From the IMG/VR virus record IMGVR_UViG_3300022591_000002: a stretch of 64,000 nucleotides of DNA. The stretch is one strand, 5' to 3'. This DNA comes from a virus (taxonomy: Duplodnaviria; Caudoviricetes). Positions 19,533-28,788 of this stretch are shown piece after piece. The notes beneath the pieces are model-generated. The model was not told the origin of the DNA and did not search any database. It saw nothing but the letters and a program-made list of their open reading frames with translations. Positions within the stretch are counted from its first letter, which is position 1. Every line of letters starts with the position of its first letter. The position numbers were made by a program, and so were the translations under genes.

Positions 19533-20094
19533 TATTGACTTTGCTGATAGAAATTTAATCTTAGATAAGATTAAACACATCCCTGCGGCAAGAATTGATG
19601 GTGACATCAAGAAGCACAATACAGGAGTTTACTGTCATCAAATTCCAATGAATCCGCTAACAGGACTTGCCAGCATTGACTATGAAGAAGCAGAAGAACG
19701 TCAGTACTTCAAAATAGACTTTCTAAATGTAAACATATATGCAGGTGTTAAAAATGAAGAACACCTTAAAAAACTAATGGAGACGGAACCGCTATGGGAT
19801 CTACTGGAACAGGACGACTTTACGAATCTGCTCTTTCACGTGAATGGGCACGGGAGCGTATTGAGAAAAATGAAGCCGAGAAGTATAGAACAGCTTGCGG
19901 CCGTACTGGCCGTCATAAGACCAGCAAAGAGACATTTGATAGGGAAACCGTGGGACGAAGTACTACAGGATGTTTGGATCAAGCCAACGACTGATGAATA
20001 TTACTTTAAGAAGGCTCACGCAGTTGCTTATGCGGCGGCCATTGTAGTGCAGATGAATTTAATTTGCGAAGGTATTAGCTACGGGTTTTCTTAG
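19519..20094 (+). CDS. dnaE: Miniature/split DNA polymerase III alpha (family C) catalytic fragment
   Basis: PDIDIDF, KHNTGVY, YFKIDFLNV, LAVIRP, FKKAHAVAYA; GGAG RBS before ATG 19519. Confidence 0.8.
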   Translation: MPDIDIDFADRNLILDKIKHIPAARIDGDIKKHNTGVYCHQIPMNPLTGLASIDYEEAEERQYFKIDFLNVNIYAGVKNEEHLKKLMETEPLWDLLEQDDFTNLLFHVNGHGSVLRKMKPRSIEQLAAVLAVIRPAKRHLIGKPWDEVLQDVWIKPTTDEYYFKKAHAVAYAAAIVVQMNLICEGISYGFS

Positions 20095-20473
20095 GAGCAC
20101 GTACTAATTGTATTGATTTGCGTTTGATACGCTTTTCTGCTATTTCGCTCAAATTTACACTTGGCCCAAATATTAGTGTTACATCTTTGCTGTTAAAAGT
20201 TTTGATGTAGGGCCTAAAAATAGTCATTTCTGCTTTTAGGAAAATGTTGATAGGAATCTTACGATTACTTTCCCACCACCATGTATCACCTAATTCTAAG
20301 AAACTTTGCTTTTCAAAATCTGTACGGATTATGCCGAAATCGTAAATGCTAGTAACGTTATTATCTAAGTTTAAGATGATGCCGATATACTCTTCTTCGT
20401 TGCATTTTATACAACTGATAAAGGGAAAATTCTTCTGAAATTCTTGGTCTTTGTTACTCTTTGATATCGCCAT
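20075..20473 (-). CDS. Hypothetical protein
   Basis: 132-aa ORF; TATAAATA on minus strand at 20502-20509 upstream. Confidence 0.65.
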   Translation of the reverse strand: MAISKSNKDQEFQKNFPFISCIKCNEEEYIGIILNLDNNVTSIYDFGIIRTDFEKQSFLELGDTWWWESNRKIPINIFLKAEMTIFRPYIKTFNSKDVTLIFGPSVNLSEIAEKRIKRKSIQLVRAPKKTRS

Positions 20474-20483
20474 AAATATGTAT

Positions 20484-21425
20484 ATGTTAAAACTACCAGT
20501 CTATTTATATACCAACCGTTACCAGATATTACTAGATTTGGACACAAATCAAGGAGTTAACCGCGTCATGTACCAAAGAAACTTAACAATTCAAAAAGGA
20601 TTGAAAAATAGCATTCAAATCCAATTTAAAAACAGTGATCAAAAGGCTGTGCCTGTTCACAACATGACATTCATGTTCAACATGTTCAACTCTTTAGACA
20701 ACACTCAATTGTTAAGCAAGCGATTAGAAATACTTGATGACGGTGCAACAACTAACACACGTGGTTTGGCATTATTGACAATTACAGAAAGCGATACACT
20801 CGACTTACAGGCATCTGCATACAACTTCAGCGTAACGGCACTAGATGAAGATGGCGCATACACTCCTGCATATTCAAACACCTACTATGGCGTCAGCGGT
20901 ACAGCTGAAGTTAGAAATGATGTTAATCCAGTTCTAAAGCCAACAGCAGAAATTACTAATTTTCAAGTGTTTAGAAACCCTAATCCAGATGCACTACGTT
21001 ATGAATTCTATAGCGGAGACATTCCAGCTAACGCAGGATTTAAGAGCAATGAAGGCTTACATACTGCGGCAATCTACATGGACGGATTTTCAGGCACGTT
21101 AGAAGTGCAGGTTAGTTTATCCAATAGTCCTGCCAATCCAGGTAACGCCAATCAGAATTTTACCAGCATACAGAGTTTAGACTCTGGTGCAATCAACAAT
21201 GATTTTGTCACAGTGAATTCACTAACATACGACAACTTCACTGGCATTGATTACGTCAATTGGACAGGTAACTGGACCTATGTACAGTTCAAATGGGTAC
21301 CAATGCCAACTACTGAATTTGGTAATCTAAACAACTTTATACCACCAGGTGGTATCAACAACCCACTAATTAATCAACCGTTTTATCCAACCGGAAAGAT
21401 TGACAAGATCCTCTACAGAAGCTAA
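20484..21425 (+). CDS. Probable virion structural protein (beta-rich)
   Basis: TAAATA 5 nt upstream of ATG 20484; N/T/G-rich composition. Confidence 0.55.
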   Translation: MLKLPVYLYTNRYQILLDLDTNQGVNRVMYQRNLTIQKGLKNSIQIQFKNSDQKAVPVHNMTFMFNMFNSLDNTQLLSKRLEILDDGATTNTRGLALLTITESDTLDLQASAYNFSVTALDEDGAYTPAYSNTYYGVSGTAEVRNDVNPVLKPTAEITNFQVFRNPNPDALRYEFYSGDIPANAGFKSNEGLHTAAIYMDGFSGTLEVQVSLSNSPANPGNANQNFTSIQSLDSGAINNDFVTVNSLTYDNFTGIDYVNWTGNWTYVQFKWVPMPTTEFGNLNNFIPPGGINNPLINQPFYPTGKIDKILYRS

Positions 21426-21428
21426 AAT
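21400..21428 (+). promoter_or_regulatory. sigma70 promoter for primase, embedded in the upstream gene end
   Basis: TTGACA-17-TAAAAT; ATG lies 6 nt after the -10. Confidence 0.65.
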
Positions 21429-21434
21429 AGTTGC

Positions 21435-22427
21435 ATGAATCTGATTCAGGCAACCTTAACAGCATCCTTACCATCAAAAAGAAAACAAACTCCTAGCGGG
21501 TGGATTTCTTTCAATGCGCCTTGCTGTCATCACAGAGGTGAGAAAGCAGACAAACGTAAACGTGGCGGCATTTTAATGAACGCTGATGGTTTCCAGTTTC
21601 ACTGTTTCAACTGCGGATTCAAGGCAGGATGGCAACCTGGAAAATTACTGAGCAAGAACACAAAAGATCTATTCCGCTGGATTGGTGTTGCTGACTCAGA
21701 TGTATCGAAATGTGCAATGGAAGCACTCAAGAGTAGAGATGAGATCCAACAAGCACCAGTACCAAAGCATTTTGTAATTGAGCCTAGAGAGTTACCTCCT
21801 AACTCAATGCCAATGTTAGAATTGCTTGAAAATGGTTGTACAGAAACAGAATTTTTAGATGCTGTCGAATATCTAATAAACAGAAAAATTGACCTAGACT
21901 GGTTTGACTTTCACTGGACTGATGAAGCAGGATACAAAGACCGAGTGATTGTGCCTTTTTACTTAGAAGGCAAGGTTGTAGGCTACACAGGCAGAAAAAT
22001 TCGTGAAGGCACACCAAAATATTTGACTCACGTTAGTCCAGGCTATGTGTTCAACTTAGACAATCAAACCGATGACAGGCAGTATGTGATTGTAGTCGAA
22101 GGACAATTTGATGCTATTGCCGTCGATGGAGTGGCCATTGGTCATAATGAACCAAATGAGGCACAAATTGCCAGAATTAACCAACTAGGTAAGACCGTGA
22201 TTGTTGTTCCTGATCAAGACAAGCCAGGTGCTACAATGATTAAGATTGCACTGGAACAAAACTGGTTAGTAAGTTTGCCCGAGTGGGGAGACGATGTTAA
22301 AGACGTTGCAGACGCTGTTAAGAAATATGGCAGAATTTACACACTTTTCACGATTTTGCAGTACCGTGAGACGAATGAGATAAAAATACAACTACTAAAG
22401 AAAAAACTAGAGAAACACAATGGCTGA
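21435..22427 (+). CDS. gp61: DNA primase (gp61-like)
   Basis: Zn-binding PCCHH...HCFNCG; TOPRIM VVEGQFDA and PDQDKPG. Confidence 0.85.
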   Translation: MNLIQATLTASLPSKRKQTPSGWISFNAPCCHHRGEKADKRKRGGILMNADGFQFHCFNCGFKAGWQPGKLLSKNTKDLFRWIGVADSDVSKCAMEALKSRDEIQQAPVPKHFVIEPRELPPNSMPMLELLENGCTETEFLDAVEYLINRKIDLDWFDFHWTDEAGYKDRVIVPFYLEGKVVGYTGRKIREGTPKYLTHVSPGYVFNLDNQTDDRQYVIVVEGQFDAIAVDGVAIGHNEPNEAQIARINQLGKTVIVVPDQDKPGATMIKIALEQNWLVSLPEWGDDVKDVADAVKKYGRIYTLFTILQYRETNEIKIQLLKKKLEKHNG

Positions 22428-23859
22428 TCAAATTACCAACTATACCTACGACATTCAAAAACTTTATATCGAAATGTTTATGAGCGATGCTGACACGTTC
22501 ATGCGTTGTGCAAACATCTTTGAGCCTGAGAATTTTGACAGAAAATTGCAGGAACCTGCGAGCTTTATTAAAAAGTATGTAGACGAATATAAGGTAATGC
22601 CGGAGCCGCAGATTGTTAATGCCAGCTGTGGATTGGACTTGAATCCAGCGGCATTGCCAAAAGAAAACTACGAATGGCTGATGAATGAATTTGAGAATTT
22701 TTCACGTCATAAGGGGTTAGAAAGGGCAATTTTAAAATCAGCTGACTTGCTGGAAAAAGGCGAGTACTTTCCAGTTGAGAAATTAATCAAAGACGCAATT
22801 CAGATTAGTTTGAACAAGGACATGGGTACAAACTACTTTGAAGATCCGAGACAGCGACTTGAAAGTTTGAAGAACTCAAACGGTCAAATTAGCACTGGTT
22901 GGCCATCAATTGACAAGAAATTGTATGGTGGATTTAATCGAGGTGAATTGAACATTTGGTGTGCGGCGTCAGGTGGCGGTAAGTCATTGTTCCTTGCAAA
23001 CTTAGGATGTAACTGGGCCTGTAACGGTTTAAATGTTTTATACTTAACATTCGAATTGAGTGAAAATTTAGTGGCGATGCGTATGGATAGTATGATGACT
23101 GACATTCCAACTCGCGAAATTTTTAAGAGTCTTGATGACGTTGAACTTAAGGTTAAGATGCTGGGCAAGAAGTCTGGTAGCGTACAAATCAAGTATATGC
23201 CATCAGGTAAAAATGCAAATGACATCCGTGCATATTTGAAAGAATATCACGTGAAAAAAGGCTATGAGCCAGACATTATTTTGATTGACTATTTGGACTT
23301 GATGATGCCTATGTCAGTTAAAGTTAGTCCAAGTGACTTGTTCGTTAAGGACAAATATGTGTCAGAAGAGTTGCGTAACTTGGCAATGGAAACACAGGCA
23401 ATTGTGTGTACTGCTAGTCAGTTAAATCGCTCGGCTGTTGAAGAAATTGAATTTGATCACAGTCATATCTCAGGTGGCTTATCTAAGATTCAAACAGCAG
23501 ATAACGTGATTGGTATTTTTACAAGTCGTGCAATGAAGGAACGTGGACGCTATCAAATCCAGTTTATGAAGACACGTAACTCATCAGGTGTAGGTCAGAA
23601 AGTTGACTTGGAATTTGACGTTGATACACTGAAAATTAAAGACTTGGGTGATGATGAGCAGGGTAATGCAGGTAGTGGATTTAAATCACAGGGCTCAACT
23701 ATCTATGAAAACCTAAAGAGAACTTCTGCAAATATTGATCAATCTACTGGGGAAATTAAAGATCCTAATGAAGGCGTATCAGTAAACAAGATTAAGACTA
23801 AAACTGGACAGGCAGGCATTCACGCTATCCTAGCAGGCTTAAATTCTGAGAAAGATTAA
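22420..23859 (+). CDS. gp41: Replicative DnaB-like helicase (gp41-like)
   Basis: AASGGGKS, IDYLDLM, TASQLNR, SGGLSKIQTAD, MKTRNS. Confidence 0.92.
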   Translation: MADQITNYTYDIQKLYIEMFMSDADTFMRCANIFEPENFDRKLQEPASFIKKYVDEYKVMPEPQIVNASCGLDLNPAALPKENYEWLMNEFENFSRHKGLERAILKSADLLEKGEYFPVEKLIKDAIQISLNKDMGTNYFEDPRQRLESLKNSNGQISTGWPSIDKKLYGGFNRGELNIWCAASGGGKSLFLANLGCNWACNGLNVLYLTFELSENLVAMRMDSMMTDIPTREIFKSLDDVELKVKMLGKKSGSVQIKYMPSGKNANDIRAYLKEYHVKKGYEPDIILIDYLDLMMPMSVKVSPSDLFVKDKYVSEELRNLAMETQAIVCTASQLNRSAVEEIEFDHSHISGGLSKIQTADNVIGIFTSRAMKERGRYQIQFMKTRNSSGVGQKVDLEFDVDTLKIKDLGDDEQGNAGSGFKSQGSTIYENLKRTSANIDQSTGEIKDPNEGVSVNKIKTKTGQAGIHAILAGLNSEKD

Positions 23860-24440
23860 AATAGTTCAGCTATTTTATTATTAACACATTCTTCAATGGC
23901 ACGTTGCCATTGCTCTTCGCCGGATCCAGACAATACTAGTTCAGTGGTTGCTTTCGTAGTTAACCATTGATGGTCTGGAGTCCACGGCGGAATTCCACTT
24001 TGTTCGCCATCTAGTTGCCCAGCACTCCAAGCCGCTAATCCAACCCCAATGCGCCACATTTCTGGACCTTCATCTGCGGCTATTGCGGCCAACACACTCA
24101 TCTCGCCCGTAATACCTAAATCTTCAGTAATTTGAATAGTACTGCTGGAAAACCAATCCATCGTGTGTACTACGTGTACACGAGTTTGTTCTACAGGGCC
24201 ACCTAAATAAACTGGTCCGCCCTTACCCGGAATTTTTAACAAACGTTCTGGATAATCTATACCTGCCGCACTCATAACTGTTTGCATGCCAACTTGTGAT
24301 GCTTCTTTGTTGACCACAACTCCCCACGCTCCGGCTGGTCCGTGTTGTGCTATTATTACTACTGATTTTTGAAAGTGTCCGTTACTATTTTTAGGTTGTG
24401 AAACTAACACTTGTCCCGCTAGGCTTTTAAATGTACTCAT
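23856..24440 (-). CDS. YqgE/AlgH (DUF179) family protein
   Basis: FQKSVVIIAQH, GVVVNK, VYLGGPVE, AAWSAGQLDGE. Confidence 0.8.
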   Translation of the reverse strand: MSTFKSLAGQVLVSQPKNSNGHFQKSVVIIAQHGPAGAWGVVVNKEASQVGMQTVMSAAGIDYPERLLKIPGKGGPVYLGGPVEQTRVHVVHTMDWFSSSTIQITEDLGITGEMSVLAAIAADEGPEMWRIGVGLAAWSAGQLDGEQSGIPPWTPDHQWLTTKATTELVLSGSGEEQWQRAIEECVNNKIAELF

Positions 24441-24445
24441 AACAA

Positions 24446-24462
24446 TATTTAACCCATAAATA
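24446..24462. promoter_or_regulatory. Back-to-back TAAATA late promoters
   Basis: TATTTA 24446-51 (minus) and TAAATA 24457-62 (plus), 5 and 7 nt from the two ATGs. Confidence 0.65.
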
Positions 24463-24469
24463 CATTATC

Positions 24470-25156
24470 ATGAACATCTTTGAGTTTCAACCGCCCGTAG
24501 CAGTACACAATAGACTTAATCCTAAACTATGGATTAATCGTCGTCTACGTAAAGACGTATACAAAGCCCTAATGCGTATTGCAGGCGAGTTTTACAAGAG
24601 CCTAAACATCAATGTCAAGCCCGTTGATATATTAATTACAGGAAGCCAAGTTAACTATAACTACGGCCCGGATTCGGACTTAGACCTTCACCTAGTAGTA
24701 GACTTTAGAAGCGTAGACTGCGAAGGTGGAGCACGTGAACTGTTTGATACAAAGCGCAATATTTGGAACCAGGATCACGATATTACTATTCACGATATAG
24801 ATGTAGAATGCTATGTCGAGGATATCAACGATAAGACTGTTAGTGCTACATATAGCCTACTGCACAATCGTTGGTTAGAAGAGCCCCCAGAACCTGAAAC
24901 GGATTTTGATGAAGATCTAATCAAGAACTATACTCAGCACTGGGAACATAAAATTGATCAAGCTGTTGAAACCGGTAGCTTGAGCAAGTGTCGTAAAACA
25001 CGCATGGACCTGAAGAAGTTTAGAGTTAAAAGTCTAGCCAAGGGCGGCGAGTATGATGAGGGCAATCTTGCTTTCAAAGCACTTCGCAACTCGGGCTATA
25101 TTGAAAAACTAATGTCAGCTATTCGTCACTACGATGATAAACGTTTAAGTATATAA
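24470..25156 (+). CDS. Pol-beta superfamily nucleotidyltransferase-like protein
   Basis: GSQVNYNYGPDSDLDLH and DVECYVE motifs. Confidence 0.7.
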   Translation: MNIFEFQPPVAVHNRLNPKLWINRRLRKDVYKALMRIAGEFYKSLNINVKPVDILITGSQVNYNYGPDSDLDLHLVVDFRSVDCEGGARELFDTKRNIWNQDHDITIHDIDVECYVEDINDKTVSATYSLLHNRWLEEPPEPETDFDEDLIKNYTQHWEHKIDQAVETGSLSKCRKTRMDLKKFRVKSLAKGGEYDEGNLAFKALRNSGYIEKLMSAIRHYDDKRLSI

Positions 25157-25168
25157 AAAGGAAAAACC

Positions 25169-25390
25169 ATGAAAAAGTTTTTAATCGCATTAAACATTGT
25201 AATTTGGAGTCTTGTTGCGTTTGAAGTGGCACACGCTGAACCAGCGAAAAAACCAGTAGCCGCTAAGAAGGCCGCTAAGAAAGCAGAAGCACCTAAAAAG
25301 GAGCATCCAAAATACGAACACCAGAAAGCAGAAAAGAAGAAAGTTCCATTGCGCGATAACAGCCCAATGCCAACTCCTCCAGGAAAATAA
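25169..25390 (+). CDS. Small exported Lys/Ala/Pro-rich protein
   Basis: Signal peptide MKKFLIAL...AHA; AAGGA RBS. Confidence 0.7.
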   Translation: MKKFLIALNIVIWSLVAFEVAHAEPAKKPVAAKKAAKKAEAPKKEHPKYEHQKAEKKKVPLRDNSPMPTPPGK

Positions 25391-25406
25391 TCCTGCAATT
25401 CAAAAG

Positions 25407-25435
25407 AAAAGCACAGTTAACGCTGTGCTTTTTTT
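25407..25435 (+). terminator. Rho-independent terminator (possibly bidirectional)
   Basis: AAAAGCACAG/CTGTGCTTTT stem plus T-run. Confidence 0.85.
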
Positions 25436-25467
25436 ACGGCTAAGCATAGACCTAGCTAAAATTCTTG

Positions 25468-25540
25468 AGGTTCAAAACTGTTCTTTTTGACGTCATTTAG
25501 GTTCAATTTTGATGTCTTTTTGAACCTAAACGGTTCAGTT
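25468..25540. repeat. Imperfect ~31-bp tandem repeat with an 11-bp inverted repeat
   Basis: GGTTCA three times; TTTAGGTTCAA 25496-506 / TTGAACCTAAA 25520-30. Confidence 0.6.
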
Positions 25541-25891
25541 TTAAGTGGTTTGATGCCAGGGCGGCGCAACGTTAGCATTGACCGTAGACTGCATATCTGC
25601 CTGGTTTAGCTGTACAATTAGTCGATCTGTAATTGTAGTAATAGCATCTTCATCTATTTGCTCTTCTACCCATTGTAGAGCCTGTTCTGGTGTAATTGAT
25701 TCAAAGGGCACAAACTCGCCAGGCACAGGTGCTGGAAAATCCACATAACCGTAGAATGGTGCAGAGTTGCCCAAGTTGTCCTTGCCTATGATTGTAAAGA
25801 ATGCTTTGGTTACTACGTTTTCAAATCCGTTCAATTCCGGAGTACGTTCAAAACGTTCGATAACCCATTCAAATGTATACTGTTTGTCCAT
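25541..25891 (-). CDS. Hypothetical phage protein
   Basis: 116 aa; GAGGA RBS and TAAATA upstream. Confidence 0.7.
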   Translation of the reverse strand: MDKQYTFEWVIERFERTPELNGFENVVTKAFFTIIGKDNLGNSAPFYGYVDFPAPVPGEFVPFESITPEQALQWVEEQIDEDAITTITDRLIVQLNQADMQSTVNANVAPPWHQTT

Positions 25892-25926
25892 AATATATCC
25901 TCTTCCAATATTTAGTTAAATATAAG

Positions 25927-26358
25927 ATGTTCCCAACAACTATTATTTCAGCTTTCAGCAACAATGCCAATCGTCTAGTCGAAACCGAACCTTTTGTGCT
26001 TACAGAAGCGGCATTGGCAGAATTTGGTATTGAAGTCAACCGCCGTCACATGCCACAAGACGGACGCACAGGGCGTTCAGTGCTAGTAGGACAAGTTGAA
26101 ATGGATTTCCTACAAAAGGCTTGGGACGTACTATTAGAGTTTCAACACTTTAAACAAATGGATGATCTAATGCGCCGTCGCTATCAGTGGCACGGGCATG
26201 TCTGCTTAGATCAAACGGTCAAAATCCGCTTGGATATGGTTCGCTACGAGCCAGCTCTAGGTTGTGTCAATGTATGGTGGGATTGCAGTCTGGTTGACGC
26301 AGACACCGACTCTGTGTTATGCTCATATCAACGATGCCAGCGTTGGTATACAGAGTAA
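25927..26358 (+). CDS. Possible hotdog-fold (MaoC-like) protein
   Basis: LTEAALAEFG..VNRRH and beta-strand pattern; weak resemblance. Confidence 0.35.
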   Translation: MFPTTIISAFSNNANRLVETEPFVLTEAALAEFGIEVNRRHMPQDGRTGRSVLVGQVEMDFLQKAWDVLLEFQHFKQMDDLMRRRYQWHGHVCLDQTVKIRLDMVRYEPALGCVNVWWDCSLVDADTDSVLCSYQRCQRWYTE

Positions 26359-26390
26359 ATATACGCACTTAATTACAACTAGAGGATACT

Positions 26391-27215
26391 ATGGATTTAC
26401 AGCCTTTGGGCCCTTATCAGCCCGCACCTTGGAAGCCAGGACAACCTGCAACATTTAGCCAAACATGGACATTTGGCGATATCATCTACTCACTAATTCC
26501 TATTAAACTATTAGGTGGCGGTGAATTCTACTTGCGCCTAGAAAACCTAGACACACTTTGCCGTGATGTTATTGGATGGCCCGATGGTGGTACGCACTCA
26601 GGTCGTATGACCCAAAAAGACTTTGATCTTCTAGCACCGCTTATCGAAGCACAGCCATACATTAAAAAGTGGGCTCCATGGAACGGTGAAGCTATCACTC
26701 ATCCACTGGACAACATCTGCTGTTGGTTCTACGGTAACGTACATGACAAAGGTCACTATGGACGCATCTACGCACACGCTGTGGGCCTAGATCCAGATCA
26801 GTGGGAACCAGCTGTTACCCAGCCTTGGTTGTACAATGTCAAGCCCAGAGACTTGGGTAGCAAGCGTATGGTTATCAGTAAAACTGATCGCTATGGTAAC
26901 GGACAAATTGCTCCAGCATGGCAACGTTTCAAAGAGTCAGGTTGGAATGAGCAGGCCTACTTTGTAGGTACAGCTGAAGAACACTCAAACTTCCAAGACG
27001 ACTTTAAACTAAAGATTGAGCACTACAAGACCAACGACTTGCTAGAGCTAGCAGAAGTAATTGCAGGCTCACAGTTATATATTGCTAACCAATCAGTGGG
27101 TATGGCAATTGCTCAAGGATTGGGAGTAGCGTTCTGGTGTGATTATCGTAAAGATAACTGTACGCTAGAAGGTTGCGAAACTTACTTTAAACGAGATAAT
27201 GGATTTTATTTCTAA
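26391..27215 (+). CDS. Glycosyltransferase, GT9/heptosyltransferase-like
   Basis: FGDIIYSL and LLELAEVIAGSQLYIANQS...AIAQGLG. Confidence 0.7.
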   Translation: MDLQPLGPYQPAPWKPGQPATFSQTWTFGDIIYSLIPIKLLGGGEFYLRLENLDTLCRDVIGWPDGGTHSGRMTQKDFDLLAPLIEAQPYIKKWAPWNGEAITHPLDNICCWFYGNVHDKGHYGRIYAHAVGLDPDQWEPAVTQPWLYNVKPRDLGSKRMVISKTDRYGNGQIAPAWQRFKESGWNEQAYFVGTAEEHSNFQDDFKLKIEHYKTNDLLELAEVIAGSQLYIANQSVGMAIAQGLGVAFWCDYRKDNCTLEGCETYFKRDNGFYF

Positions 27216-27277
27216 ACACGACATTTGGGTACTGTACATGTTCATAGTGGTGTTTGCCATTACACGTGCAGTACACT

Positions 27278-27541
27278 ATGGTCTTATCTGAAATCCCTTG
27301 GATAGAAATCAACGGACTAGGGTTTTATCAAGAAGTTGTTGATGGAGACCCTAGAGATCCACGCTGTTGGTTGTATATTAGAGGACCCAAGGGCACAGTC
27401 CGTGCTTGGGATATCGGCTACATTACTCCAGGCTACTATGAAGAGCGTCCCGGCTATCTATGGGGATTATACGAACTTATCTTAACCACCATAGACGGGC
27501 ACTATCACTGTTGCTTGTCTGGTAAAGTTTGGAATCTCTGA
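27278..27541 (+). CDS. Hypothetical protein
   Basis: ORF only. Confidence 0.4.
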   Translation: MVLSEIPWIEINGLGFYQEVVDGDPRDPRCWLYIRGPKGTVRAWDIGYITPGYYEERPGYLWGLYELILTTIDGHYHCCLSGKVWNL

Positions 27542-27732
27542 AGATCACGTTGCTGGTACCACGCTAGCCAAGGACTCACGTGAGCAAACGCCATAACGAA
27601 CCACATGGCGGGCATTTCCCAAGTGGTAAACCCACATACACTAGAGCCACCCATTAACACACTATACACTCCGCCCAAGAAGAACAAGGGTGCCGGTGAT
27701 AGGCTAAAAAATAAATTAACTCGTCTACGCAT
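27505..27732 (-). CDS. Small membrane protein
   Basis: Two hydrophobic segments; coupled to the oxygenase gene. Confidence 0.6.
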   Translation of the reverse strand: MRRRVNLFFSLSPAPLFFLGGVYSVLMGGSSVCGFTTWEMPAMWFVMAFAHVSPWLAWYQQRDLQRFQTLPDKQQ

Positions 27733-28297
27733 TGTGTAACCTCACTGGTGGCATGCCCAAACCCGGTCTAAGATCGTAGGCATCACTAGCATACGGACCG
27801 TTACGATCAACCCAATGTAGAGTCATGATCAAACAACTGGTGCCCTCAAAGGGTTCACGCCAATGTTCTACTTCTCCGCCCTTGTAGGTGTAAGCATCAC
27901 CGGGTGCTAGTGTAACTGCTTGGCCCGCCATATAGATGGGCCACGCTGTGGGTTCACAGTGGATCATGACTGTTGCAGAGTATTCACAGCTAGGTCTATC
28001 ACGATGCGGTTTAAGTTCAGCACCAGACCAGTGATAACGAGCGTAGCTGTAACTAGGCACTAGATCACAGGCCCATACTGTACTAAAACGTGGAGTCAGT
28101 AGTGCCAACATGGCTTCTGTTATGTGATTACCATATGAGTCCCAACAGTTGTTGACCATAGTGGGATCAGGCGAGTAATGATTGTGATCACTAGGATCAA
28201 CTCCGTCTCTGGTGTACTGCGACAAGCGAGCTAGATCTAGGGTAACACGTATAAGATCTAGTGTACGGAGGTCTAATAATGATGGAATTAAGTGCAT
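27725..28297 (-). CDS. 2OG-Fe(II) oxygenase (prolyl-hydroxylase-like)
   Basis: HRD iron motif (LKPHRDRPSCEYS) and distal HWREP. Confidence 0.85.
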   Translation of the reverse strand: MHLIPSLLDLRTLDLIRVTLDLARLSQYTRDGVDPSDHNHYSPDPTMVNNCWDSYGNHITEAMLALLTPRFSTVWACDLVPSYSYARYHWSGAELKPHRDRPSCEYSATVMIHCEPTAWPIYMAGQAVTLAPGDAYTYKGGEVEHWREPFEGTSCLIMTLHWVDRNGPYASDAYDLRPGLGMPPVRLHNA

Positions 28298-28338
28298 AGA
28301 TTTTTACCAAATTTGTGGGCGCATTCTTACAAGGATCT

Positions 28339-28354
28339 CGCGAAGCGTCGGCTA
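28339..28354 (+). repeat. 16-bp element CGCGAAGCGTCGGCTA, copy 1
   Basis: Exact reverse complement at 43938-43953. Confidence 0.85.
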
Positions 28355-28387
28355 AAAATTTTTTCGGGAGACTTAAATACCTATACT

Positions 28388-28612
28388 ATGCCAAAACCTA
28401 CAGATAACCTATGGCCCAGAGTAGTCGAGCTAGCCAACTTGATACCTAAACGTTACCAGGATCCTCACCAGCAGGCCCACTACGAAAAGGGTTACTTAAT
28501 AGCGGTCCTCAACAGTCTCTATACAGAGTGTTATGATGTACGCACTCTAGTCAAGCATAAGATCACCACTATGAAGGATCCCCATCCTGAAAACTCTAGG
28601 GACTCTTGGTAA
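28388..28612 (+). CDS. Hypothetical protein
   Basis: ATG 8 nt after TAAATA. Confidence 0.55.
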   Translation: MPKPTDNLWPRVVELANLIPKRYQDPHQQAHYEKGYLIAVLNSLYTECYDVRTLVKHKITTMKDPHPENSRDSW

Positions 28613-28781
28613 AGCCCCAACGCACTCGCAACCAAACTCGTTCAAACAGATAGTGTACTAGAGTTAGAATAACGTGTATAACCACAGCTGATGATAATCC
28701 AGTCCAAATGGCTGTGATCAATAGAGCTGTAATTCTATAGCTGATGGTACGGGCAAGTGTACGAGCATGTGTTTCTGTCAT
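28596..28781 (-). CDS. DUF2061-like small membrane protein
   Basis: ETHARTLARTISYR...YLFERVW; paralog at 50133. Confidence 0.65.
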   Translation of the reverse strand: MTETHARTLARTISYRITALLITAIWTGLSSAVVIHVILTLVHYLFERVWLRVRWGFTKSP

Positions 28782-28788
28782 AGTACAC

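Noticed and set aside
7992-23859. Inteins or introns in terminase, UvsX, UvsW or helicase
   Set aside because: Lengths and motif spacing are normal; no LAGLIDADG or HNH inserts or splice-junction motifs were seen.
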